From: Candidatus Eiseniibacteriota bacterium
Lineage (GTDB): Bacteria; Eisenbacteria; RBG-16-71-46; DASYSL01
NCBI GenBank assembly: GCA_046598045.1
Contig: JBKJJJ010000013.1
Location: 1-32,489, forward strand
Direction: 5' to 3'
Length of the DNA: 32,489 nucleotides
The first letter of the stretch is position 1; each line of letters opens with the position of its first letter. Of this stretch, positions 1-8,268 are shown piece after piece. Made by a program: the position numbers and the translations under genes. The notes under the pieces are model-generated. The model made no database searches. It had not been told where the DNA came from and saw only the letters and a program-made list of their open reading frames with translations.

Positions 1-107
1 CCAACACATTCCGGGCCGCCCGCCCGCTCCCCCCGGTTCCCTCCACGCCCGGGGAGGACTATGCTCCCCCCAAGCCATTCCTCATTCCCGCCACGGAGGC
101 CTCGCCG

Positions 108-836
108 ATGATCCGCAACCGCACCCCGCTCGCCGTCCTCGCGCTCACCGTCTCGCTCTTCCCCGCGGCCGCGTTCGCCGATGGCGGCGGCATGCCCGCG
201 CCGCCGACCTCGGGCGCGCCGGCTTGGAACACGCCGACCGAGGCGAAGATGAGCAAGGAGGACGCCGACAAGGTGAAGTCGGTCGAGCTCTACACGCAGG
301 CCTACCGCGAGGTCGACAAGGCGAAGCAGGAGTTGGCCGATGCCGCAACGCTGCGCGCGGCCGCGGGCGTCGACGCGAAGGCGCTCAAGAAGGCCTACGA
401 CAAGACCGCCTCGGCGATGAAGCGCCTGGCGCAATCGCGCGACAAGTTCGGCGAGGTCACGACGCTCGATAAGACCAACGCCGACGGCTGGAACATGCTC
501 GGCTTCACGCGCCGCAAGACCGGCGACCACCCGGGCGCGTTCGACGCGTACTGGAAGTGCCTCGCACTCAAGCCCGAGCACTTCGGGGCGCACGAGTACA
601 TGGGCGAGGCCTACCTTGAAGAGGGCAAGCTGGCCGAGGCGCGCACGGAGCTGACGTGGCTCAAGAAGCACGGCGCATCGGCGCAGAACGAGACCACCAA
701 CCTCGAGACCGCGATCAACGGCTGGGTCGCCGCGAATCCCGACGCCGCCGCGAAGGCCGTGATCGGCGCGAAGGGCGTCTCGGCGCAGGGCGAGATGGTG
801 AACACCGCGGCGGCGGCGGCAGACAGCGCGAAGTAA
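108..836 (+). CDS. Secreted tetratricopeptide-repeat protein
   Basis: GGAGG RBS upstream; signal peptide ending AAFA; TPR motifs NADGWNMLGFTRRK...AFDAYWKCLALKPEHFGAHEYMGEAYL; high GC3. Confidence 0.85.
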   Translation: MIRNRTPLAVLALTVSLFPAAAFADGGGMPAPPTSGAPAWNTPTEAKMSKEDADKVKSVELYTQAYREVDKAKQELADAATLRAAAGVDAKALKKAYDKTASAMKRLAQSRDKFGEVTTLDKTNADGWNMLGFTRRKTGDHPGAFDAYWKCLALKPEHFGAHEYMGEAYLEEGKLAEARTELTWLKKHGASAQNETTNLETAINGWVAANPDAAAKAVIGAKGVSAQGEMVNTAAAAADSAK

Positions 837-894
837 CACTCCGCGACAGCTCCACAGACAATCATCGCCCGGGCGTGCTAGGCTCCTCAGCCTC

Positions 895-3447
895 ATGCGC
901 GCCCGGGCGACCTCTTTCCTGCTCGCAATCGGACTGACGCTTCCCGGCGTCGGTGACGCGGCGCCCTATCGCATCGGCCCCGTCCCCGTCTGGGTGAAGC
1001 CGGTTGCGGCCGAGCCCCCCCACGCCTCGGGGCCCTCGCGCGGCAACGTCGCGTTCCGGCTCATCGACGTGCAGGTGAACCGGGCGCTCGCTGCGCCCGA
1101 GATGTACTACCACTCCGTGAAACAGGCGCGCAACGGGCAGGGCGTCCCGGAGATCGCGCGCGTCTCGGTCGAGTTCGACCCGAGCTACCAGACGCTCGTG
1201 CTCCACGCGGTGACGATCCACCGCGGCGGCGAGTCCATCGCCGTCCCGCTTGCGGGCAAGGTGCGGCTGCTGCAGCGTGAGGCCCGCCTCGAAGAGCAGA
1301 TCTACGACGGTACGCTGACCGCAAACCTGATCCTCGAGGATGTGCGCTCCGGCGACACCGTCGAGTCCGCGTATACGATTCGAGGCGCGAACCCGGTGCT
1401 TGGTGGGAGTTACTCCGCGAGGTGGCTGATTGCGTCCGACGAGCCGCTCGACGTTCTACATCGTCGCCTGGTGTGGCCCGCGGACCGGCCGTTGCGAATC
1501 CTCCGGCGCTGCGAGGGCGCCGCGCCCACGGTGACGCAGCGTGGCAACCTCAAGGAGTACGAGCTACTCCGGCGCGACACGCCCGCGCTGGTCGTCGAGG
1601 GCGGGGTTCCCGCCTGGTACGAGCCGTTCCCCGCATTCGCGATCGAGGATGGCACGACCTGGAGCGACGTGGCGCGCTGGGGGGGCACCATGTTCGCCGA
1701 GCCCGCGGTCCTCTCCCCTGCGATGCGCGCCAAGGTCGCGGAGCTGGCCGGCGGCGTCCCCGGGGATGATGCGCGCGCGCTGGCAGTGACACGCTTCGTG
1801 CAGGACCAGGTCCGCTACCTCGGCATCGAGATCGGCCAGAACAGCCACCGCGCGACGGACCCGAACACGGTGCTCGCGCGGCGCTTCGGCGACTGCAAGG
1901 ACAAGGCCCTGTTGCTGGTCACGATGCTGCACGCGCTCGGCATGAAGGCCGAGCCCGCGCTCGTGAGTTCCTCGCTCACCGACTCAGTCGGCAGGAACGG
2001 CCCATCACGCCAGGCATTCGACCACGTGATCGTGAGGCTCGAACTCCAGGGCAAGACCTACTGGATCGACGCCACGCGGGAGGCGCAGGGCGGCGGCGGC
2101 CTGGCGTCGCTCGCGGTTCCGCGCTTTGGCAGGGCGCTGGTGCTCGCCGAGGGGACGACCGACCTGGCGGTAATCCCCGTGCCCAAGGAACAGTTGCCGC
2201 TCTCGACGATCGAGAAGAGCGTCAAGGTCGATCCCGCCGGTGGCACCGCCACGTACGAGGTCAAGACCAGCTACTTCGGACTGCTGGCGGACCAGATCCG
2301 GGGGTTCATCCGGTCGTCGAGCCGCGATGACATTGCGCGCGGCTATCTCGACTACTACCAGGAGCGCTACCCGAACATCGAGGCCACGGCGCCGCCCGAC
2401 GTGCACGATGACCGCGAGGCCAACCGCGTGGTGATCGCCGAACACTACCGCATTCCCGAGTTCGGGAAACAGCGCGAGGACACGGAGTCGAAGAGCGACT
2501 TCAACCTCTACGAAGTCGCGAACGCGGTCCCAGCCTGGCGGGGCGTCAAGCGCGCATCGCCGCTCAGCCTGGGAGTCCCGCACCGGACGATCTTCCTGGC
2601 GCACATGGAGGGGCCGACCAAGTTCCGGATCAAGCCCGAGTCGAAGGAGATCAGGGTTCCGGGGATGAAGTTCGTCTATCGCGAGTCGAGCACGGGCGAA
2701 AAGATCGAGGAGTACGCCGAAATCGAGAATTCGCGCAGCTTCCTCACCGCCGAGGAGGCGGTGGCGGCGGCGCCGAAGTTCAAGGAGATGGCGTCGTCGC
2801 TCGTGGTCGGTCTCGAGGGCCAGCCGGAGGCCGCGCCCCCCGGCGGCAGTCTCGACCTCGTCTCGTTCTCGATCACGTTCATGATCGCGCTGGCGGCGCT
2901 CGCGCTCAGCATCGTGGTGGCGGTCATGATCTGGCGGGCGCCGCCCCCCGCAACGCTCTGGCCCCGGCTGACCTACAAACCGGGCAACGAGGCGTGGATT
3001 CCGGACCAGCCGATCGGAGGATGGCTCTACCTGTTCGGGCTCGGGATCGTGCTCCTGCCGATGTTCTCGCTTTACCAGATCGGGGGCACCGTGCCTTCGG
3101 CGTTCAAGCTCGCGATCGGGTTCGGCATGGGCGGGCGGGTCGCGGCCCTGCACCTGTTCGTGCTCCTGATGCTCTTCGCTTCGATCGCCGAGTTCGTCGG
3201 GTCGATCCTGCTGGTCGCACTGTTCCTCCAGCGCAAGCGGAAGTTCTTTCGCGTCTACGTGGGGTTCATGGTGTTGCTGGTCGCATCGACCGCGATCTGG
3301 ATCGCGGTCGCCCTCATCCTGATGCCCGAGGAGGCGAAGCCGGCCGCGGACCTGGTCGGCGCCCTGATCAAGGGCCTGGTCTCGTTCACGATCTGGGCGC
3401 TGTACTTCACGAACTCGCGACGGGCCGAAGCGACGTTCGTGCGCTAG
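895..3447 (+). CDS. DUF3857 + transglutaminase-like protein with C-terminal DUF2569-like membrane domain
   Basis: Signal peptide; PVPVWV and DVRSGDTVESAYTIRG motifs; catalytic triad motifs RFGDCKDK (Cys), FDHVIV (His), WIDAT (Asp); C-terminal TM helices with IGGWL...WALYFTNSRRAEATF. Confidence 0.88.
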   Translation: MRARATSFLLAIGLTLPGVGDAAPYRIGPVPVWVKPVAAEPPHASGPSRGNVAFRLIDVQVNRALAAPEMYYHSVKQARNGQGVPEIARVSVEFDPSYQTLVLHAVTIHRGGESIAVPLAGKVRLLQREARLEEQIYDGTLTANLILEDVRSGDTVESAYTIRGANPVLGGSYSARWLIASDEPLDVLHRRLVWPADRPLRILRRCEGAAPTVTQRGNLKEYELLRRDTPALVVEGGVPAWYEPFPAFAIEDGTTWSDVARWGGTMFAEPAVLSPAMRAKVAELAGGVPGDDARALAVTRFVQDQVRYLGIEIGQNSHRATDPNTVLARRFGDCKDKALLLVTMLHALGMKAEPALVSSSLTDSVGRNGPSRQAFDHVIVRLELQGKTYWIDATREAQGGGGLASLAVPRFGRALVLAEGTTDLAVIPVPKEQLPLSTIEKSVKVDPAGGTATYEVKTSYFGLLADQIRGFIRSSSRDDIARGYLDYYQERYPNIEATAPPDVHDDREANRVVIAEHYRIPEFGKQREDTESKSDFNLYEVANAVPAWRGVKRASPLSLGVPHRTIFLAHMEGPTKFRIKPESKEIRVPGMKFVYRESSTGEKIEEYAEIENSRSFLTAEEAVAAAPKFKEMASSLVVGLEGQPEAAPPGGSLDLVSFSITFMIALAALALSIVVAVMIWRAPPPATLWPRLTYKPGNEAWIPDQPIGGWLYLFGLGIVLLPMFSLYQIGGTVPSAFKLAIGFGMGGRVAALHLFVLLMLFASIAEFVGSILLVALFLQRKRKFFRVYVGFMVLLVASTAIWIAVALILMPEEAKPAADLVGALIKGLVSFTIWALYFTNSRRAEATFVR

Positions 3448-3464
3448 GGGCATGGAGGGGGTAC

Positions 3465-3555
3465 TGGCGGAGAGAGAGGGATTCGAACCCTCGAGAGGGT
3501 ATTAGCCTCTACACGATTTCCAGTCGTGCTCCTTCAACCACTCGGACATCTCTCC
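3465..3555 (-). tRNA. tRNA-Ser(GGA)
   Basis: Reverse complement GGAGAGATGTCCGAGTGGTTGAAGGAGCACGA-CTGGAAA-TCGTG, long variable arm, GGTTCGAATCC T-arm, ends CTCTCC-G-CCA. Confidence 0.97.
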
Positions 3556-3568
3556 GCGAAGTGGGCGC

Positions 3569-3598
3569 AGCATAGTCGGTTCGGCGCCCCGGGTGCAA
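3569..3598 (-). promoter_or_regulatory. Sigma70-type promoter of tRNA-Ser(GGA)
   Basis: Minus strand TTGCAC-N18-TATGCT ending 13 nt before the mature tRNA 5' end. Confidence 0.7.
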
Positions 3599-3601
3599 AC
3601 C

Positions 3602-4561
3602 CTAGCGGTAGACGGCCTTGATCGCGCCCCACGTGATGGGCCGGGACGGGACGGGCGGCTCCTTGCCGTACTTCGTCACCTTGCACAGCGAGCCGTCGGT
3701 GACGAACACATTGTTCGCGGCGTCGAGCGCGACCGTCAGCGCGTTGTAGTACTCGCCCGGCCCCGAGCCGTCGCCGCCCCAACGCGCAAGGAACGCGCCC
3801 GAGGCGGTGTACTTGTCGATTCGGTCGTTCGCGATCACGACGTAGACGTTGCCCCCGGGCTCGACCGCGAGCCCGTAGTTGATCGCGAGCGGCATGTTGA
3901 ACGGCCCGCCGAGGTACCACCAGGTGGTGAGCGCGCCGCTCTCGTTGAAGCGGTAGATGCGGCCGTTGCCCTGGTCGGTGACGAACACGTCGCCCAGCGC
4001 GTCGACCGCGACCTTGGTCGGGAACTGCAATTGCCCGATCTGCCCGCCCGCCACCCCCCACTTGCCGAGAAACGTTCCGTCGAGCGCGAACTTCTGGATG
4101 CGGTGGTTGCCCGCGTCCGCGACCAACACGTGGCCATGGAGGTCGACCGCGATGCCGTAAGGGCCGCTCATCTGACCGTCGGCGCTGCCGGCGGCGCCGA
4201 ACTCGCCGAGCGAGACGCCGGTATCGGTGAAGTGCTCGATGCGCGCATCGTCCTTGCGCAGCACGAAGAGCGAGCCATCGGGCGCGACCGCGACGTCCCA
4301 CGCGTGGGCGACCGGCCAACGCGTCACGTACACGCCGTTGTTGTCGAACTTGTTGACGCGCTGCGCCTGGGCGTCGACCACGTAGACCGAGCCGTCGGGC
4401 CCGGCGGCGATGCCCCACAGCCCCATGAACTGGCCGGGGCCGGAGCCGCACGTGCCGAAGGTGGTGACGTAGGGCGGTGGGGTCTCGGCGTGGGCTTGCG
4501 CGCTGATCGCCATCGCCGCAATCGCTGCGGCTACTTTTAGGAGCTTCGAATGGAGTCCCAT
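3602..4561 (-). CDS. Secreted NHL-repeat beta-propeller protein with C-terminal TWGAIKAVYR motif
   Basis: GGAGGAGG RBS; signal peptide ending AHA; repeats such as GQMSGPYGIAVD..G.VLVADAGNHRIQKF. Confidence 0.9.
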   Translation of the reverse strand: MGLHSKLLKVAAAIAAMAISAQAHAETPPPYVTTFGTCGSGPGQFMGLWGIAAGPDGSVYVVDAQAQRVNKFDNNGVYVTRWPVAHAWDVAVAPDGSLFVLRKDDARIEHFTDTGVSLGEFGAAGSADGQMSGPYGIAVDLHGHVLVADAGNHRIQKFALDGTFLGKWGVAGGQIGQLQFPTKVAVDALGDVFVTDQGNGRIYRFNESGALTTWWYLGGPFNMPLAINYGLAVEPGGNVYVVIANDRIDKYTASGAFLARWGGDGSGPGEYYNALTVALDAANNVFVTDGSLCKVTKYGKEPPVPSRPITWGAIKAVYR

Positions 4562-4687
4562 GACGGGATTCCTCCTCCAGGCCGCTGGGACGGCGGCCGG
4601 TCGGTTACATCTCTCGGGGCAGGCAACGCCTGCGGTGCGGACGCGGTTCGGAGGGCTTCGAAGGACGCGGGTCCGTTTCTAATGAGC

Positions 4688-4777
4688 TGGAGGAGAGGGA
4701 GGGATTCGAACCCTCGAGACCCTTGCGGGCCTGGCGGTTTTCGAGACCGCTCGATTCAACCACTCTCGCACCTCTCC
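4688..4777 (-). tRNA. tRNA-Ser(CGA)
   Basis: Reverse complement GGAGAGGTGCGAGAGTGGTTGAATCGAGCGGT-CTCGAAA-ACCGC, long variable arm, GGTTCGAATCC, ends CTCTCC-T-CCA. Confidence 0.96.
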
Positions 4778-4786
4778 GGACCCGAA

Positions 4787-4815
4787 TTTGTAACGGGTTA
4801 CGGGCTTTTTTGCAA
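4787..4815 (-). promoter_or_regulatory. Possible sigma70-type promoter of tRNA-Ser(CGA)
   Basis: Minus strand TTGCAA-N17-TACAAA just upstream of the tRNA; overlaps a GTAAC-GG-GTTAC palindrome (4790-4801). Confidence 0.45.
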
Positions 4816-4969
4816 GGCCCGGAAGGGCGCTGGCTACAGAACTGGCTGGATACCGAGGCCCGTGGCCGCTGGGTGCCCTTCGCCAATCCTGCCATAATTG
4901 CCGGTCGGGCGAATGAGCAAGGGCCACCACGGCCAGCGCCGAACCGTTGGCCCACTCCAGGAGCACGTC

Positions 4970-5518
4970 ATGCGACCTCTTCGATATTCCATCAACGTCA
5001 CATTGGACGGATGCTGCGATCATCGTGCAGGGATTGCGGACGAGGAATTGCATCGTCACGCGGTCGAGAACCTCGCCCAGGCCGATGCCCTCCTCTTTGG
5101 CCGTGTGACTTACGAAATGATGGAGGCAGCGTGGCGAACGCCGGTGCAGACAGCGGCGCGGCCCGAATGGATGGAGCCCTTCGCCCGGACGATCGAGGCG
5201 GCGAAGAAGTACGTCGTGTCGAGCACCCTGGGTCGGGTCGATTGGAACGCGGAGCTCCTGCGCGGAGATCTGGGGAGCGCCGTACAGCAACTCAAGCGGG
5301 AGCCGGGCAAGGGACTGTTTGTTGGAGGCGTAAAGCTCCCGCAAGCGTTGGCCGAGCTGGGGTTGATCGATGAGTACGAGTTCGTCGTGCAGCCCATGCT
5401 CGCAGGCCATGGGCCCACGTTGTTCGCGGGGCTATCGAAGCGTATCGACTTGAAGCTCGTGAGCCGGCTGGAGTTCGGCTCGGGGGCGGTGGCGATGCGG
5501 TATGAGCCACGAAGGTAG
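4970..5518 (+). CDS. Dihydrofolate reductase family (RibD C-terminal-like) protein
   Basis: AGGAG RBS before ATG 4970; YSINVTLDG, LLFGRVTYEMM, KYVVSSTL, GLIDEYEFVVQP..AGHGPTLF motifs. Confidence 0.9.
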   Translation: MRPLRYSINVTLDGCCDHRAGIADEELHRHAVENLAQADALLFGRVTYEMMEAAWRTPVQTAARPEWMEPFARTIEAAKKYVVSSTLGRVDWNAELLRGDLGSAVQQLKREPGKGLFVGGVKLPQALAELGLIDEYEFVVQPMLAGHGPTLFAGLSKRIDLKLVSRLEFGSGAVAMRYEPRR

Positions 5519-5557
5519 CCATCGGGACGATTAAGCCCAGGGCCAATCAAGCAGGTC

Positions 5558-5790
5558 TCATCGCGAGTGAGGAGCCAGCCCGAGCCTACGCGTCAGCACC
5601 GCGAATCGGGGATCGGAACGGAGCGCGTCGTGTCGCCCCGCCGTCGCCAGCGCCCATCCCAACACCCCAAGAAGGTACGGGGCTCGGTGCGTCACGGCGA
5701 CACCGTGCTCGGCGGTCGCGATGCCTTCGTCGAACCTGCGCTGAACAATCTGCGCCATGGCCAGCGCGGAGAGCGCCGAGGCATCTGCAC
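5558..5790 (-). pseudogene. C-terminal remnant of a TPR-bearing kinase/adenylate-cyclase-type protein
   Basis: Reads ...RRFDEGIATAEHGV...LLGVLGWALATAGRHDALRSDPRFAVLTRRLGL*; LRSDPRF..L.RRLGL is the typical end of such proteins; no start or N-terminal domains present. Confidence 0.6.
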
Positions 5791-5883
5791 GACGAGCCGC
5801 TCGAGCCGGAGACTCTGACTCGGACCGTGCCGCGAGTCCAGTGAAGCTCGAGGCACCAGGATAACCGCCTCCAAAATCTCCCC

Positions 5884-5914
5884 TTGTCTTATATTCAACC
5901 GAATGGTTTAATAT
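5884..5914 (+). promoter_or_regulatory. Promoter with overlapping ArsR-type operator palindrome
   Basis: ATATTcAACC-gaat-GGTTtAATAT inverted repeat (5891-5914); TTGTCT-N17-TTTAAT ends 6 nt before ATG 5919; no SD sequence. Confidence 0.7.
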
Positions 5915-5918
5915 TTCC

Positions 5919-6245
5919 ATGACCACCCTGACTCCCGTCCTCAACGCCATCGCCGATCCCTCCCGCCGGGCGATCCTTGCCCGTCTGGCGAAGGGCCCCG
6001 CGCGCGTGACCGAGATCGCCGCGCCGTTCGACATGTCGCTGAACGCAGTCTCCAAGCACCTCAAGGTGCTCGAGCAGGCAGGCCTGGTCCACCGCGAGCG
6101 GCGAGGCCGCGAGCACGTCATGGAACTCCGTCCTGCGCCGCTGCGCGAGGTCACCGATTGGCTCCACCCCTACGAGCGCTTCTGGAGCGGTCATCTCGAC
6201 CGCATCGAGGAGCACTTCCAGAAGAAAGGTAAGCCCCGGTCATGA
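5919..6245 (+). CDS. ArsR/SmtB family transcriptional regulator
   Basis: AIADPSRRAILARL, MSLNAVSKHLKVLEQAGLV, RRGRE winged-helix motifs; ATGA overlap with the next gene. Confidence 0.93.
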   Translation: MTTLTPVLNAIADPSRRAILARLAKGPARVTEIAAPFDMSLNAVSKHLKVLEQAGLVHRERRGREHVMELRPAPLREVTDWLHPYERFWSGHLDRIEEHFQKKGKPRS

Positions 6246-6676
6246 ACACGCCTTCGCCGACTTTCGTGGTGTCCCTGACGCGCGACATCCCCGCCTCGCC
6301 CGCCGAGGTCTATGACGCCTGGATGGACCCGGCTCTCCCATGTAACCCGTGGAACGGGTCCGAACAGCTCATCCTCGACCCGCGCGTGGATCGCGCGTTC
6401 TACTTCCGCCACAAGCTGACCGACGGGGACGTGATCGCGCACTTCGGCCGCTTCACGGCGGTCGAGCGCGGCACGCGTGTCCAGTACACGTGGATGTCCC
6501 GCTTCACGCGCGGGCTCGAGTCGGAGGTCACCGTCACGTTCGAGGCGCAGGGCAAGGGCACGAGGCTCACGCTTCGCCACGACGGTCTGCCCGACGACGA
6601 TTTCGGCAAGCTGCACGAGGGCGGTTGGGGGCACTACGTGGGCCTGCTCGAGGGGCGGTTCCAGCCGGCGCGGTAG
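6242..6676 (+). CDS. SRPBCC (AHSA1/START-like) domain protein
   Basis: TRDIPASPAEVYDAWMDP, SEVTVTFEAQGKGTRLTLRHDGL, HEGGW motifs; classic ArsR-SRPBCC pair. Confidence 0.9.
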   Translation: MNTPSPTFVVSLTRDIPASPAEVYDAWMDPALPCNPWNGSEQLILDPRVDRAFYFRHKLTDGDVIAHFGRFTAVERGTRVQYTWMSRFTRGLESEVTVTFEAQGKGTRLTLRHDGLPDDDFGKLHEGGWGHYVGLLEGRFQPAR

Positions 6677-6726
6677 CGGGAGTACCGAAGCTGGAGGCTC
6701 GACCGGTGCAAGAAACAACTTCACGC

Positions 6727-6790
6727 GCCGCCGATATTCCTCGCAATACATTGCGCTCCGGCTGCCCGCCGAGCCCCATGTATCGGCGGC
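6727..6790. repeat. Nested inverted-repeat element between convergent genes
   Basis: GCCGCCGATA (6727-6736) pairs with TATCGGCGGC (6781-6790) and encloses CGCAAT-AC-ATTGCG and GCT(C)CGGC-TGCCC-GCCGAGC. Confidence 0.6.
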
Positions 6791-6853
6791 TTCGCGCGAC
6801 TTCCGCGAGCGATTCGGCGTTTCCGCAGAAGCCCGCAGCCAAGGGAGCAGCCC

Positions 6854-7405
6854 TCAGCCTGCGAACTGCCACAGGTGGTAATCCAAGTGCATCTGCAGGA
6901 GCTTGCCCCACTCGAGAGGCGTCATCTTCCCGAAGAGCGGATGCGGTTTCCTGGCCGCGTCCGCTCGCGCGTGCCACGCCGTCTCTACGATCTTCAGCAG
7001 TTGTGCCTTCTCGGAGGCGAACTCAAGTCTCTGCGAATGCGGGATTTTGAAGCCCTTGGGAATGCGGAGTCCCACGGGCTGCTCCGGCAACCAATCCACC
7101 GTGACCCACTTGCCGACGGTTCGGGTGGCCAGGTTGCTCTCGTCCGGAAGATCGTAAAAGCCCGACGAGCCGCCGCACGCCAGGTTCAGATGGTGGAGCA
7201 TCTGGTCGACGTTCATCGTCCCCCACGGACGCAGGGACTGGAGGGTCACACTCTCTACGCGCTGGCGGTACTCCTGCCGATTCTCCTCCGTGAAGAAGCG
7301 ATTCCCATCCACCTGTTTCAACTGCAGCGCCCGCGGAATGTCTCGCACCATTGCGACTCCCGACCTCAAGAAGTCGGGATCAAAGAGCGCACGCATCAGG
7401 TTCAC
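6854..7405 (-). CDS. DUF1569 (DinB-superfamily) protein; start uncertain (GTG 7405 or ATG 7396)
   Basis: RPWGTMNVDQMLHHL and HPLFGKMTPLEWGKLLQMHLDYHLWQF motifs; starts just after the SDR stop. Confidence 0.82.
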   Translation of the reverse strand: MNLMRALFDPDFLRSGVAMVRDIPRALQLKQVDGNRFFTEENRQEYRQRVESVTLQSLRPWGTMNVDQMLHHLNLACGGSSGFYDLPDESNLATRTVGKWVTVDWLPEQPVGLRIPKGFKIPHSQRLEFASEKAQLLKIVETAWHARADAARKPHPLFGKMTPLEWGKLLQMHLDYHLWQFAG

Positions 7406-7410
7406 GGCGA

Positions 7411-8268
7411 CTACTTCTCCGAAACATTGGCCGCCGACAACGACTTCGGCGGGGTGTCGAGCCCCAGATTTTTTCGAATCCCTGCGTCCATTACGCCGGC
7501 GGGCGCAAGTTTGCGGAGCCACCACAGGCGGCTGGCAGCCCTCCCGGCCGTGTAGCGAAGTTTCGGGCGAGCCGAAACCGCGGCTCGCACCACGACATCC
7601 GCCACGATGCCCGGCTCGTCTCCCGCCGCGACTGCGTCCCGCAGCCCCTTGCCCACGACGGCACGGACCCCGCGGTACTCGTCGAGCTTCGCGTCAGGCT
7701 CCAGCAAGTGCGCGTCGAACTGCGTCCTGATGTACGAAGGTTCGATCACTGAGACACGGATGGCCCACGTGCGGAGTTCGTGGTCGAGCGATTCCGAATA
7801 GCCTTCGATCGCGTGTTTGGTTGCGGCATAGAGCGCCATGTACGGCGCCGGTAGGAAACCCAGCACGGAGCCGATATTGATGATGCGACCACCACCCTGG
7901 CGCCGCATGTGGGGCACGACAGAGCGCGTCATCCGGACCATCCCGAAGAAGTTCGTATCGAAGATCGATCGTGCCTGCTCGAGGGAACTCTCTTCCGCTC
8001 CGGCCGGGGCGACACCGGAGCCGGCGTTGTTCACGAGCAGGTCGATGCGGCCGGCCAACCGCACCAAGTTGGCGATGACGGCTAAGACCGATGCATCGCT
8101 GGTCACGTCGAGGGGGAGCAACTCGAATGAGCGCTGTCCCGCTGAAGCACCCCGTCTGCTGGTGCCGTAAACCGTGTAGCCAGCCGTCACGAGCCGCTGC
8201 GCCGTGGCTTCACCGATTCCCGACGAGGCGCCGGTCACCAGGGCGATCTTTCCCTGAAGCTTGGGCAT
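7411..8268 (-). CDS. Short-chain dehydrogenase/reductase
   Basis: AAGGAG RBS; TGASSGIG, NNAG, catalytic Ser (IGS) and YAATK motifs. Confidence 0.95.
   Translation of the reverse strand: MPKLQGKIALVTGASSGIGEATAQRLVTAGYTVYGTSRRGASAGQRSFELLPLDVTSDASVLAVIANLVRLAGRIDLLVNNAGSGVAPAGAEESSLEQARSIFDTNFFGMVRMTRSVVPHMRRQGGGRIINIGSVLGFLPAPYMALYAATKHAIEGYSESLDHELRTWAIRVSVIEPSYIRTQFDAHLLEPDAKLDEYRGVRAVVGKGLRDAVAAGDEPGIVADVVVRAAVSARPKLRYTAGRAASRLWWLRKLAPAGVMDAGIRKNLGLDTPPKSLSAANVSEK

Noticed and set aside
3465..3500. attL/attR duplication of a tRNA 3' end
   Set aside because: Both similar sequences belong to complete tRNAs with different anticodons; no orphan 3' fragment seen.
4688..4777. Selenocysteine or suppressor tRNA
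   Set aside because: The anticodon is CGA with a normal 7-bp acceptor stem; the long variable arm is standard for tRNA-Ser.
5791..6154. Upstream part of the 198-aa minus-strand ORF
   Set aside because: Antisense to ArsR and its operator; only the last ~75 codons resemble a protein.
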